From positions 186,001-250,000 of the forward strand of contig JALMLS010000455.1 of the NCBI GenBank assembly GCA_038496445.1: a stretch of DNA of 64,000 nucleotides, written 5' to 3'. The position numbers and the translations under genes are program-made. How positions within the stretch are numbered: the stretch's first letter is position 1; each line of letters starts with the position of its first letter. Origin of the DNA: Trichosphaerium sp. ATCC 40318. Its lineage: Eukaryota > Protista > Tubulinea. A model generated the notes under the pieces. It was not told where the DNA came from. It searched no databases and worked only from the letters and a program-made list of their open reading frames with translations. Below, in pieces: positions 1 to 12,600 of the stretch.

Positions 1-452
1 ATGCTTAAGAAGCGCAGTTTAAAAATGTACAAGTTCGCAAAAGCTTGTCATCACGGTGACGCAAAAGTAGATAGCCTGAAGAACCACAAGGCTCTAAAGG
101 TAGCTATCGTTTTCAAACATGTTGCATGTTACTAACATTGTATTAAGGTTGCATGTAATAGAAGAGAGTTCAAAGAACGCATGGCTAAGACCCCTCAGTA
201 TTCAAGTGCGCCTCGTGCTTCTACACATGAAGGTTTGTTTTTTTATCATTTTTTTCGTAAAATATTCTTATGCTTGTAGTGCTAGGGAAGAAGAGCGCCG
301 TTGAGGCTTTGCATATAAACAGGCATAGCGTATCTTCGTATTCTACTAAAGCGCCCAACATACAAGATGTACTGAAGGAAAGTGAATCCACCGACAATAA
401 TACAGTGGGTGTATCAATCTACAAATTGAATAGACTTCGTTGTAATAAATAA
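1..452 (+). CDS. Hypothetical basic protein, spliced, possibly 5'-partial
   Basis: Three exons join in frame across GT-AG introns (~100-148, ~233-278) and end at TAA 452. No recognisable family. Confidence 0.4.
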
Positions 453-514
453 AGTTTAAGGCTATTTCGGTGATAAGCGGCTTAAAATGCCCAGAAGTGT
501 TTATATAATCCGTC

Positions 515-1703
515 ATGGCTGCTGAAGCGTTATTTTCTGTTAGTGGGAATGTTGCTACTATAACATTAAACCGTCCTAAACGAGGAAATTCATTAACGCC
601 TGGAATGAGTCAAATCATTATACAGTCGCTAAAAACCGTTGAATCGGATCCTACTATTGGTGTTGTAGTATTGACAGGCAATGGCAAATATTTTTGTACA
701 GGAATGGACCTAGGACCTGACGCACAAGCTAAAATAAACGATGGAATTAAGAACGGCGATGACAGCATGTTTGAGCTCTGGGAAAGCTTCAGAAATTGTA
801 CAAAGCCAATTATCGCCAAGGTAAACGGTCCTGTAATGGGAGGTACGATTTTACCGGTTTTCTAGCGAAGAATTATAATACTGAAAGAAACAAACCAGGT
901 GGTATTGGATTACTATTCCTTACAGATATACGTATCGTATCAAGCAAGGTACACCACTGTTTACCATCTGTCACATTAAAATCTTATTTAACAATAGGCC
1001 TACCTTTGGTTTGCAGAAGGTAATTTACTGCGATAAACACCCACAAACAACTCTGTGATGGAGTTTCAGACGTTTTTTGCTCCACAAAAATTGCAAAACT
1101 TTTCGGTTTTCTGTCCTGCCGTTTTAACTCTAACAACGTCTTTGATCAATAGTAAAACGAGGTATTGCTCCAGCACTTATTTCAGCATACATTGTACCTC
1201 AGATTGGCCAGTTTCTTGCTCTTAACTGGATGATGACAGGAAAAAGAGTGAGTTAACTCACTAATCCGTTTTTATCTTATATCTCACACGTGCGTTCTTA
1301 CCTTAGATCCCTGTAAAACGTGCATATGATCTTGGTATTATATCAGAAGTAGTAGAACCAGAACAATTGAATGAAGCCACTGATAAAATGATAAAAGAGC
1401 TTCTTGGCAACGGACCACAGGTAACCTTTTTGATTTGCAAACAGTCTAAACTTGAATTAACATCAAGAATTTTTTATTGTTTGTTCGATTTTTTTAGTTT
1501 CTCGCTAACACGTGTTTTCAAAGGCAATGAAATGGGTTAAAGAGTTGGTTAAACATGAAGTGAGCAATGGACATGAGTCTAACAAGAAAAAAGCTCAAGA
1601 GATTTTTGGAAAAATGATGAAGAGTCCTGAAGCCATGCATGGTATTTCTTCTTTTATACAAAGAAAAAAACCTGATTGGTCGTCGTTCAGATCAAAGTTG
1701 TAG
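515..1703 (+). CDS. Enoyl-CoA hydratase/isomerase (crotonase family), probably peroxisomal
   Basis: Motifs ITLNRPKRGNSL, GKYFCTGMDL, KPIIAKVNGPVMGG|GIGL; multi-exon; C-terminus ...FRSKL* is a canonical PTS1. Confidence 0.9.
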
Positions 1704-2066
1704 CTGACAAACTACCAATAAACGTTACAGTTTTCGTACTTGTAGTCATCTATTAGCTCAAATCAGGAGACACGCTTTTGTTGTTTTGTTTTAAGGTTCC
1801 TACAAGCAGATCTCCGTCCAAGCGAACGCTAACAACAAGCACTGTTGGCTGATTAGCAGCGGGATCTGCCTACAATTTGCGTTGACAGCGACGTTTTTTA
1901 GCGACGTTTAAGTCGTGCTGGTAGCCAAAAGTCAAATATCGTCCATAAGCGTTTCAACGTCCACTTGTAACGTTTTAATAATCCCACAGTCAACTAGACG
2001 CTATAATACGCGTTAAAACATAAAAAAATATAATACACGAAACTCACCTGATCTATTAACGCTCAA

Positions 2067-3815
2067 ATGGACAAAACAGCATACAACGAGACAATACAAA
2101 AGCTTGTACACATGCCTCGTAAATTTTAACGTCCTAACCGCTTATATTAGTATAAAGCGTCTAGCAGGATGACTACTGCGATGTACAAAGAGCCTCAGTG
2201 GAGGGCGGCTAGATCAAGCGTAAAGCATCCATCAAAACTTATACGCTTTTTTACACCTCTTTTTAGATTGTTATGCAAAGTTTCGCTCATGGAAGCATAG
2301 CCGGGTTATTGGTAGTCTTTCTAACTAGACAAAGTACGTGTCAAACTTTTATTATACTGTTACAGCGTATATCATGTTGTTTGCTTCAATTACAAGCAAC
2401 ATGGTAAGTAAAGCACATTTGGAAAAATCTTGAACCAATAGCGGTATAGTACGCGTATGTGTTAAAAATACGCGTAGTTTAATACCTTTGAGTTGGTTAA
2501 AAGCTGTTTGAACGCTTTTCATGGTTGAAATTTCTCTTCAAAACAAAAAAAGCATCAATCAACAGTCTGTTCTTTCTGGTTTAATGACTTCTTTAGGAGG
2601 ACCAGTTCGTTCATCTTATCTTCTTCCAGTAGTTTGTGGTACGATAAATCAGTTGCCAATTACTTCAAAGGCACATCTTCAACTACAACACTTTGCCTCG
2701 TCAATGAAATTCCACACATTGCAATAACAAAAAATATTGCTCAAAAATATTTCTCCTGTTCTGTCTATGGGCAAAGAGTCAAAGCTCGAAGTAGCAGCCA
2801 GTGATGACCTAAAAATAATTATGATCTTTTTTTTTGTGATTTCGAAAGTCGAAAGCTTTCTTCTAATTGTACTCTTTTCTACAGGTATTGGTTGGGGTAG
2901 TGCTATAAATGTGATCTTAACCAACAGCATGGTAAGTAGATACGTTATTTCTGGTTCACCTTCAGCAAACGAACTACGTAAAGTGTACGGGTTGTTTAAT
3001 TTGTTAATTTTTTTTTGTTCATTCAAAAAAAACAAACCGAGGAACAATGAATTCATTTTAATGTTCATGCTATTTATATAATTACTAAGTACACTTTATT
3101 ATGCAGTACACTATCCCGTACTATTTTAGAAGCTATGAGAAATGTATCATCGAGTGCTGGTGTTGATCAAGACGTAATGGATCAATTTGGAGTTACACAA
3201 GATACTTTCCTTAGAGTGCTTGACAGAGTACGTCAATAACGTTTTGACTCTCCAACGAAGACTGAGAAATAGTGGACATCTAATCTTATGAATCTTAAGG
3301 ATGACGAAGTTTATGGGGGTGACGAAGATGAAGATCTTGTTTTCGAAAGAGAGGAAGTAAATGTTGAGGATAGTAGAAAAGAATACGAGAGTAATTTAGC
3401 GAACTCCAAAAAGAATAGGCTTCCTTTAAGTGAGCGCTTAGAAATTGCTAAAAGAGAAAGAATGGCTTCTCTAGCAGCAAATAAGGTTTTAATTAAGGTA
3501 CCAAAAGTAGTAATAAAAGAAGAAGTAGAAGGAGTAGAAGGAGTAGAAGGCGAAGAAGTCAATACAGAATCAATAGAAAAACCAACAACAAATCAAGTCA
3601 CTGATTATCAATTTGAACGTATTGATAAACCTGTGGCACCAAGGTTATCTTTAAAACAAAGATTGGAAGCAAGAATGAAGAGAATAGAAGAGCAAAGAAT
3701 AGAAAGAGAAGCAAGTATTGGTACTATTGATTCTTCTGAAAAAAGTGAAAATAAAAGTGATGTCATGCCATTTCAAGATGAAGACACAACATGGGATAAC
3801 GAGGAAGAAGATTAG
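2067..3815 (+). CDS. Hypothetical membrane protein with acidic/coiled C-terminal tail
   Basis: Exons join in frame: MDKTAYNETIQKL...IVMQSFAHGSIAGLLVVFLTRQ-TYIMLFASITSNM-SVLSGLMTSLGG...VCGIGWGSAINVILTNSM-YTLLCSTLSR..., then the acidic ORF 3288-3815. Confidence 0.6.
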
Positions 3816-4259
3816 AAAAAAGTTGATCATCTTGGCACTTAATTTTTACACTTTAGAGAACAGCACAGTTTTTTAGATTTTGGTGGTCCCTAACAGCTTT
3901 GGTCTGGTTTTCTCCTATCTATGTTTTTTTTTCTCGCACGTGATTTTATTGTGAATGATTGACAACCCAAAAAACAGTAGTAATAATTATACATTTTGTG
4001 AATAAACTGATAGATATCCACTGTGTTTATTAACAACTGACGCTTGTTTCCAGTACAGTTATTATGCAATTGCCACAGAGGCAATCTCACTTTTATACAG
4101 CTGACAGAATATGGGTAATGGGAGTTGCTCACTTATTGGGTAAATTTGTTTCCTTACCACATATTGATTATATGCTTGAATACTTAGACAGCAGACTGAC
4201 ATTGCATTTGCATAATAAACTAAACGCTGAGATCAATTTCTTATTGATCCTTCGATGTG

Positions 4260-5220
4260 TTGAACTAATAAAATGCTTATTGTCAATTGATATACGATAG
4301 TGGAAAATGCTTTCTTTGATCAGCTATTATATTGTCTGCTGGATTTAGCGCTCTCTGGAAGGTATTACCTACCAGACAGAGTCCCAAAGCAAGTAAATCA
4401 ATGATATTAGGTGCATTTTCAACAATGTTTAAGGTAGGTGCTACCAAGAAAACTGCCTATGGGCACAGACAAATAGTTGGTTTTAATGCTAATAAGGAAC
4501 TATTGCTATTTATGCTACTCTTTGGCAAGTTGTAATGTGTTGTTACTGTTGTTCGATAAGAAACAATTAGACCTGATTTTCGTATAGTCGGTTAGGTGTC
4601 TAAGGCGCACATTTTGGTTTCCTCAAAACACCTGCGATAATGTCAATACTTTTTTACATGAATTTAAACAATTCATATCTGACGTCTCACTTGAGAAGCT
4701 GTTAAGACATTCTATTGGCGAATTACTTTCTTTTTCATGAACAAACAACACGTTGTCACGTTATTTTTCACAAGAATCATGTTGGGTTTGTGACTGTATC
4801 CTAGAGGTATGAGGATACCCTCTAGGACCAAATAGGCTTCAACAAGCACGTTGATTGTATCATAGCGCTTATTGTAAGGACAGAGTGCCCAATGCACTCA
4901 CCTCTTTGTCTTTGCCTTGAAAGTACAGTTTGTATTCCCCCCATTATGTGTACATCTCTGTAACCCACTGCTCAAAAGAAAAGTTTACCTTGATGTTTTC
5001 AGGCGCAATAGCAAGCAATTGTTTTGCCATGCTAACAATACTTGGTGTTTTGGGTTTTGAGCAGTATCCTAGGGGTATGAGGATAGCCACTGATACTAAA
5101 TAGGTTTTATAATAACTACTATTGTCTCTTCTTGCTTATCATGACGATAGAGAGGGTCCATTGCAGCACTCAATTCTTTATCAGTAAATCGTAAAAGAGG
5201 TAAATTACACGTACTAAGGC
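4260..5220 (-). pseudogene. Degraded coding remnant with an internal diverged duplication
   Basis: Minus-strand frames are broken by stops and frameshifts. Two homologous ~125-bp segments (~4782-4905, ~5050-5180) both encode YLV...ILIPLGY..KP. Confidence 0.35.
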
Positions 5221-5735
5221 TGGTAGCGTTTCTCTAGAGAGATGATAGTCAGCTAGGCTCGGTCAGAAATAAGAATTCTAGAGGTGTTGTTTCAATAGAT
5301 TAATTTGACGTTTTCTAAAGTGTAAGTTGTTACACGTGAAGCGTGATTGTATATTGTGTGTACCCTCTAGTCATACAATTAAATAATTATGCCGATGCAG
5401 TTGCTTGTATTAAATGTTTGACTTGAAGGGTACACAATAACAAGAATTCCCCTAAGGTTAAATAGTATTTTATAATTGAACGTGAAGCATTGTTTTTCGC
5501 ACAAGCTTGAGCTTAAGTGAGCCAAAAATTTCATAAGATTGTTTTTCATATGAAAGTACTCACAACTGAATATTTTTTCACGTGCAGACTTACGTTTGAA
5601 AAAAAGCATTCTTAAAAAGCATTCTTAATGTCCATATCATTCAAGTTTGTAATAGGTTTGCAAAGTATCAAAGTAACTAATGAAGTCCGTTGGAGTAATG
5701 GTAAGATACGAAACTAAACAGTGTTTAAAATGTAT

Positions 5736-7378
5736 TTATTTCCATGAACACCGCCGTATTTTTGCAATTTGCAACTTGTGCCTACCAACAATTACTACTT
5801 CCCAACGCTCCATGCAAGCTTTGCGTTGTAATAATTCTGCATACATACTTTCAACTTCGCGGTTAACGTCTGTAAACGCAAAGTGTATCCTCAACTGATT
5901 GGGCAAAAGTAGCAACCAGTAAGAACTTGTAAAACAAAAATTCTGTCTTATCGGTAGCTGACTTTTTGTAACCGACATCACTTTGACCAAAACAATACCC
6001 ATCTATCTTCTTTCAGGTGTAAGAGTGTCAGCTGCGTTGATGTTTTGCTTGCCCAGCTTTTGACGCTTTGTATATTTCTACTATGTCCTTATCTGATTAC
6101 AGAACCCTTTGTTAATGACTTTGTAGCATTCAATAGAAACCTAGAAGTTGAAATTGGTAAATTAGTGCCTCAAAAAAAACCTAAAAAAGTACCTTTGTTG
6201 TGCTCGCCTTGTAACCAACACTGTATGAAAGACTGACCAGTCCCAACGTATTGTAGGATGCAAAAGTGACAGGCTATATGGAAAACTCTTACGTGCTGTA
6301 CTTCCAAGCATTTCTGATACTTGAGTAGTCGAAACACGATACCTGGTACAAAAAATTAATAAATCAGAAAAAAATGAGAAAAAAAGTGTCAAATGACATT
6401 TTGTAGAAGATTTCATTTTTCCAAAGAACTTACCACATTTCTGGTTCTCGAATTTCTAAACTTTTTTCTAGATGAATAAATGCTTCAATTACCTTATTTT
6501 TATTTTTCCAATAGCCATTTGGCACTCTCCTAAGTCATATAAGAATTTGACTAATTAGTCAAAAAAAAAAAGTACTGTTACCAAAACAGTCTTGTTTGCC
6601 AATCAAACTTTGGGTACAGCGCTTCAAGTGTTCTACGAAAAGACTTTCCATACCTAAGTAATCATTAATAAAACTCTTTCCACTCAAAGGACGTACTTTA
6701 CTAACGTTCCTCCAGCACCACGCTCAAGTACATCCTTAGAGCAAACGTTGTACCAATCTGCACAAGTTTTAACGTTTAATTGCTTTGCAATGTCATCAAA
6801 TATTAGTCTTTGATGCTCTACTTCGTTCCAATAACCCATAGGCACGCATCTGTACTATTATTTAGATTTGCTGTAAGAGTAGTCGACGAGACGTGCTTAA
6901 ACTTGTGAGGAACCCATGTTTGCTCAGGGTAAAGCGCAGAGAGAATACCCAACAGCGAACCGTTATATCTGTTGCGAATTAGCTTTTTTGTAGCAATTTT
7001 GTGACATACGCAGTTAATATGCTTCCAGCGCCACTCTTAAGTACATCTTTCGTTGTGACAGCGTACCAATCTGAAGGATTTGTGATTTTAAGCTGTGGTG
7101 CGACATTTACATCAAAATAGCGCCTCTGGTTAGCTACAGATGCCCAATGATTTGCTGGCGCGTTTTCTCTTCTTGTAGGTTTGGTGTAGCCGCCTACGCG
7201 CGGTTGATAATAGCAAAGCACAAAAAACGCATCAGAGATGTCAAACACAATATACCTTGGTATTTATTTTGTTGAATGTTATTCCTCCGTTTTAGAGCTC
7301 GAATACTTATAGACGCCATGGCCTGTACTCTTCCGTATACTTGATTATGCTATAAAGCTGAAAAGACGTTGACTGCAT
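5736..7378 (-). CDS. Uncharacterised Trp-rich repeat protein (P-x-G-Y/H-W...QR..FD....QL.....DWY.V...DV...GAG..L)
   Basis: About three ~65-aa repeats across spliced exons, e.g. NHWASVANQRRYFD..., GYWNEVEHQRLIFDDIAKQLNVKTCADWYNV, GYWKNKNKV...WYRVS. Both ends are approximate. Confidence 0.6.
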
Positions 7379-7415
7379 TCAAGAAAAGTAAAACAACCCA
7401 CAAACCAAACTAACC

Positions 7416-10400
7416 ATGGCAACGTGCGCTGTACAAGATGATATCATCGTTGGAGCACAAGATAAACGAAAATACCAAGTAATGACGCTTGATAACGGTT
7501 TACGCTGCCTATTGATTTCTGATCCTGCTACAGACAAGGTACAGCTACTAAATAACAATAAAACATGAAAATTAATAACCAAACAGGCAGCTACCGCAAT
7601 GAACGTACACGCTGGGTTCTTTTGCGATCCAGAAGAGCTACCAGGCGTAGCTCACTTTTGTGGTACAAACAACAAGTGATTTCGAGCCTAATCGACCTAG
7701 AACACATGGTTTTCCTTGGAACAGAGAAGTACCCTGAGGAGGATGAGTATATCACGTTTCTTAACAAACATAATGGCCAGCACAATGCTTTTACAGGCGC
7801 TGAGGACACCAATTACTTTTTTGAAATATCTACAAGCGGTCTTCAGGTAATTTGTAAAAAAACCGATTCTTACCTCTTAACACCCACTAAGGGCGCTTTG
7901 GACCGCTTCTCACAGTTCTTTATATCTCCTTTGTTCACACAAACAGCTACAGAGAGGGAAATGAAGGCTATAGATTCAGGTAGACGCTAAAAGATTCAAC
8001 CGGAAAAAAAAAAATACTAACACATGAGCAGAAAATAATAAAAATCTTCAAAGCGACGCATGGCGATTGGAGCAATTGCAAATGTCCACAGCTAGTAAAA
8101 ACCATCCATATCATAAGTTTGGCACAGGTGAGGACTATACACATTTGACATCAACCTGTCAGGAGACCAATTCCTTTCGCTTAATACATCTAAAACCATC
8201 AGTTTTTCTTTTTTCTAAGTTTGCATGTTTTAGGCAATTTGGAGACTTTGAATAAAAGTAATGTTCGTGATGCACTTATGGCATATCATTCCAAGTATTA
8301 CTCAGCTAATTTGATGACATTGGCTATTCTTGGTAAAGGTACACAACAGTTTCAAATTAATGTTTAAATTCAATTGTGTACTTGATTAATTCGGGAACAT
8401 AGAGGATCTAACTACTCTTGGTAAATGGGTTCAGGAATACTTCAGTGCTGTACCTAATAAAAATGCTGAGGCACCAAAATTTAATGGTGTTCCATTCGAG
8501 CCAGAACACTTGCAGGCACGCAACAACTTTATACTTCGGTGCTGTGAAGGTATTAACATGGTTCTTTTTACAGAAACAATTTAAAGTTGTACCTGTCAAA
8601 GACCTTCGTCGTGTAACACTAACATGGGCCTTACCTCCACAAAAAGATAATTACACATCTAAACCGTCACACTACCTTGCTCACTTGGTTGGTACGCTTC
8701 ACATGTTGTTGTTATTTTCAGAATTAGGATTTGTCATTAACACGGTAAAAAAGGTCATGAAGGTCCTGGTAGTCTGCTCTCATTGTTGAAAAACAAAGGT
8801 ATGAAATTACTATTAGATTGTAGCTAATAGATCTTAGGATGGGGTCTCGAACTGATGGCTGGTGCGGATCATAGACTTGATGGGTTTCAGAGCCTTGTAT
8901 TGCAATACTTACACTAATAAGGCGAATTCCGTGGATGTGATGACTTTACTATATGGAGCATTGTTATTGATCTTACCCCAGAGGGCTTAGAACATACTGA
9001 TGATGTTATTTCAACTTGTTTTCAGGTAGTAAAGCTAGATGGTGTTGTTTAGTAACCTTCCTTGTAGTACATCAAACTTGTGCGTGAACAGGGTATTCAA
9101 AAATGGATTTCAGAAGAAGTAAGTGGAGATATTTTCACGTGTATTTATCACGGTGATTTTAATTATTAACTCAATACCTGTTAGCTTCAAAAAACATCAA
9201 AAATGAACTTTGATTACCAAGACAAACAAGGAGCAATGGGTTTTGTCAGTAAAAAAGCTGGTCACCTATACGTATGTACCTTCACTCCTTAGAGTAGTTG
9301 AGTTAACTTGTAATATATAGGAGTACCCTGCAAAACAAGTACTCAGTGGACCTTCAGTAGTCGATGCTTTTGATGAAGAATTGCTAAAACAGACAATTTC
9401 TCACCTTACTCCTGAAAAAATGCGGTTCGTGCTTACTTTGTTACTTATGAGGAAAGAAAAGTTGACATCTCTTTTTAGCGTTGTGCTCATTTCTAAGGAC
9501 TTCGATGGTGTTACAGATAGGTATGTCGATTACCATTCTATTTACTTGTAACTTACTTACGCCATAGTGTATCACCGTGGTATAGCGCAAAGTATTGCGT
9601 TGAAGACATCCCACAATCAAAAATTCAAGTACTAGCCAAAAAGATTTTCTATATGACTTATCTTCGGCTTTAGGCGTGGGCAGCTGTAGAGCTTAACTCT
9701 GGCTTAGTACTCCCAGAACCTAATCCATTCGTTCCTGATGATCTCACAGTCAAAAAGGCACCTGAGGTACGTAGTGAGAAGTAGGAGATACAAGGCTATA
9801 GTTTGGTAGTAACTTTCTTTTTTCTTTTAGGAGACTACTATTCCTAAGATGGTTAGAAACTCAGAAATATCTCGTTTATGGCATCTCCAAGATAGTACTT
9901 TCTTACTGCCAAAAGCTGTCGCTTCATTTTCGATAACAACACCTCTGACGTACTTGGTACGATAAACCTCTTTTTTCAACCTCTTTTTTTTTTTGGTTTT
10001 TCCTCATTGTTCCTTCGTTTAGACTCCAGCGAATGTAGTAATGGCAAAAATGTTCACAAAGCTTCTTGCTGATTCTCTAAATGAGTTTGCATATGCTGCA
10101 GATATGGGTGGTTTACAATACAACGTCATTCCTTCCATCGAAGGTCTACAGGTACACTCCAAAAAAACCTAGTTTGTTGTCACTATCTTACGCTCCTTTT
10201 TAGATGATTATTAACGGATATAATTGTAAACAATCTGTTCTTTTGAAGAAAGTATTCGAGAAAATGGTGTCATTAGATGTCGTTGAGAATAGATTCGTGG
10301 ATATCAAAGAAAAGGTACTGAGCAACTTAAGAACTTTACACTTTTACTTGTTTTTCAAATTCATCCTTCCACAAAAAAAAACATGTCAGTATCACCTGGG

Positions 10401-12190
10401 ATATCTACAATGGCCACAGTAGTCAAGAAATCTGTTTGAATATAATTTAAGGCGAAAAGCTAAAATGTTAAAACATGTTAGCAAAGAATCTTAACTTTAT
10501 TTTTATTTCTAGGTTTACAGAGGATTATTGAACTTTCGTAAAGACCAACCATACTCACATGCAATTTATAATACATCAATGTGCATTGAAGTACCTCGTT
10601 GGAATAATGAAGAGTACATTGAGTGCTGTAGCAGTACGTAAAAAGTTCAGGACTAATCTGTTATTTACTTTTCACGTTTTTACTTCATACTCACTTACTG
10701 TTTACTAGACATCACTATTGATAAACTGAAAGCCTTCATACCGGAGTTGCTATCAAACCTATTTATTGAATCATTGATGGAAGGTAACATTACTGAGAAA
10801 GAAGCTCTAGAGACTATGGATATTATTGAAAGTATTCTTAAACCAAAAAAACTTTATAACAGGATCCCTGAGCAACGTATTGTTCAGTTTGCTCAAGGGA
10901 AAGACTACATATATAGAGTCAAAGGTAATAATTTATAAGTCCTTAATTATACTCACTTACCATCAATAGGAACCGACCCAGACAACGAAAATTCAGCAAT
11001 TGAAAACATTTACATAGTGCGTTTATCAGTTTTTTTCCTCAGTGTCAACAGTTTTTAACAATTTTGTTAGCTTGGTGTTCATACTATTAGAGACTCCGCT
11101 ATACGTGACCTGTTCTGTCAAATCATTCAACCTGCTTGCTATAATGAACTTCGTACTGTACAACAACTTGGATATATTGTACACAGTGGCCCTAGAAGCG
11201 ATAATGGTGTTGATGTAAGTGCAATATTACTGAAAAGTATTATGATTTATTTTGACAATTATTTCTCTAGTCTCTTCGTATCATCGTTCAATCTGCAACA
11301 AAGAGTCCAGATCACCTAGATAAAGCTGCAGAGACATTCTTCGAATCTGTAAAGGTACAGTACCCCTTGCTTAAACAATCACTCGAATTTTTCGTATATA
11401 AAAGTGACAAGACTTGATTTCTCAATGTCGCTTACCTAACAGAGAGAAACCCGTGGTATTTTTTCGGCTAACAGTCAATGATTTAGCTTGAAAAGCTTGA
11501 TATCTGTCATTTTTAATACGTTTGAAATGATTGTTTTTGCTAATTCTGTCTTGTTGTAGTTATTATTAGAAGAGTTAACTGATGAACAATTTGATAATTA
11601 TAAACAAGCTACTATAGCACTAAAGCTTCAAAAAGATAAGAATTTGGGAGAGAGAGCTTCTCGTCATTGGGCGCAAATTGTATCACCAAGAACTTATTGC
11701 TTTGATAAAGGTATGTCATATATCTCTTCACTAACAAAAACCCTGAACATTATTTTGCTTCTATGTACTTACAATGATATTAGCTGAGCAACAGGCCGAA
11801 GTATTGAAAGGTAAGACTTTGTACATACCGTGTAAAGTCATGAACTTTGTTTAAAAAAAAACTCCATCTCTTTTTTTTTTGTTGTCTTTTGAAGTTGTTT
11901 TAAATGTATTGTTTTAGGTCTAACCAAGGATGATATTATTGATTTCTATAATAAATACATTGCTCCTAAATCTGAAACAAGAAGGAAATTATCTTGCCAG
12001 ATATGGGGTAAACTGTGTGACATTGAAACAGCAGAAGATTCAAAAGATACTGTTGTAATTTCAAACTTTAGAACTTTCAAACACAAAATGCCACTGTACG
12101 CCTATTTCATTATATCTTGCTATTCATTAGATTATCTACTAATTCCTCTTTAGATATGAAAGAGTTAGTTCATTCTATCCTGGACTTTGA
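7416..12190 (+). CDS. IDE: Insulin-degrading enzyme (insulysin, peptidase M16A)
   Basis: Inverted zincin GVAHFC|EHMVFLGTEKYP; also HNAFT, ALDRFSQFFISPLF, HPYHKFGTG, ELRTVQQLGYIV. More than 25 exons. Confidence 0.95.
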
Positions 12191-12600
12191 AAGATGTAAT
12201 ACGTTGAAAAAGGCACTCAAACGTCTTCGCCATCTAAAAAACAAAAAAAAAAAAGAAGAATGAAAGTCTTGCCACAAAAAGCTTACTTTAATTGTTCTAC
12301 CACCAATAAACCTAATGAATTTGAATGACATCATTTATCTATAAGAGACGTACTACAGGGAAGAAAGAACTTGGAAAAACGGAATGAACAAAACACCTAC
12401 TTACTTTGCACGTGCAAAACAATTGTTTATCGATTAATGTTCAAGTGGAGTAGCAATTCTAATCAGGTTGATTCCATACCTCATCATCAAGGCCCCGTAA
12501 ATAACAATTATGCTCACTGAGTGGAGACAATGCTAATTGCCTCCAGTACTAAAAACCTCCTTCATTAACTTAAAACTACATTGTGGTTTTTTGGTTTATT

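Noticed and set aside
2790-2880. Possible intronic C/D snoRNA (GTGATGA at ~2802)
   Set aside because: No downstream CTGA D box or terminal stem was found.
2366-2931. Two exons both ending ...ATG|GTAAGTA looked like mutually exclusive exons
   Set aside because: An intervening exon (~2566-2638, SVLSGL...VVC) restores the frame, so all can be constitutive.
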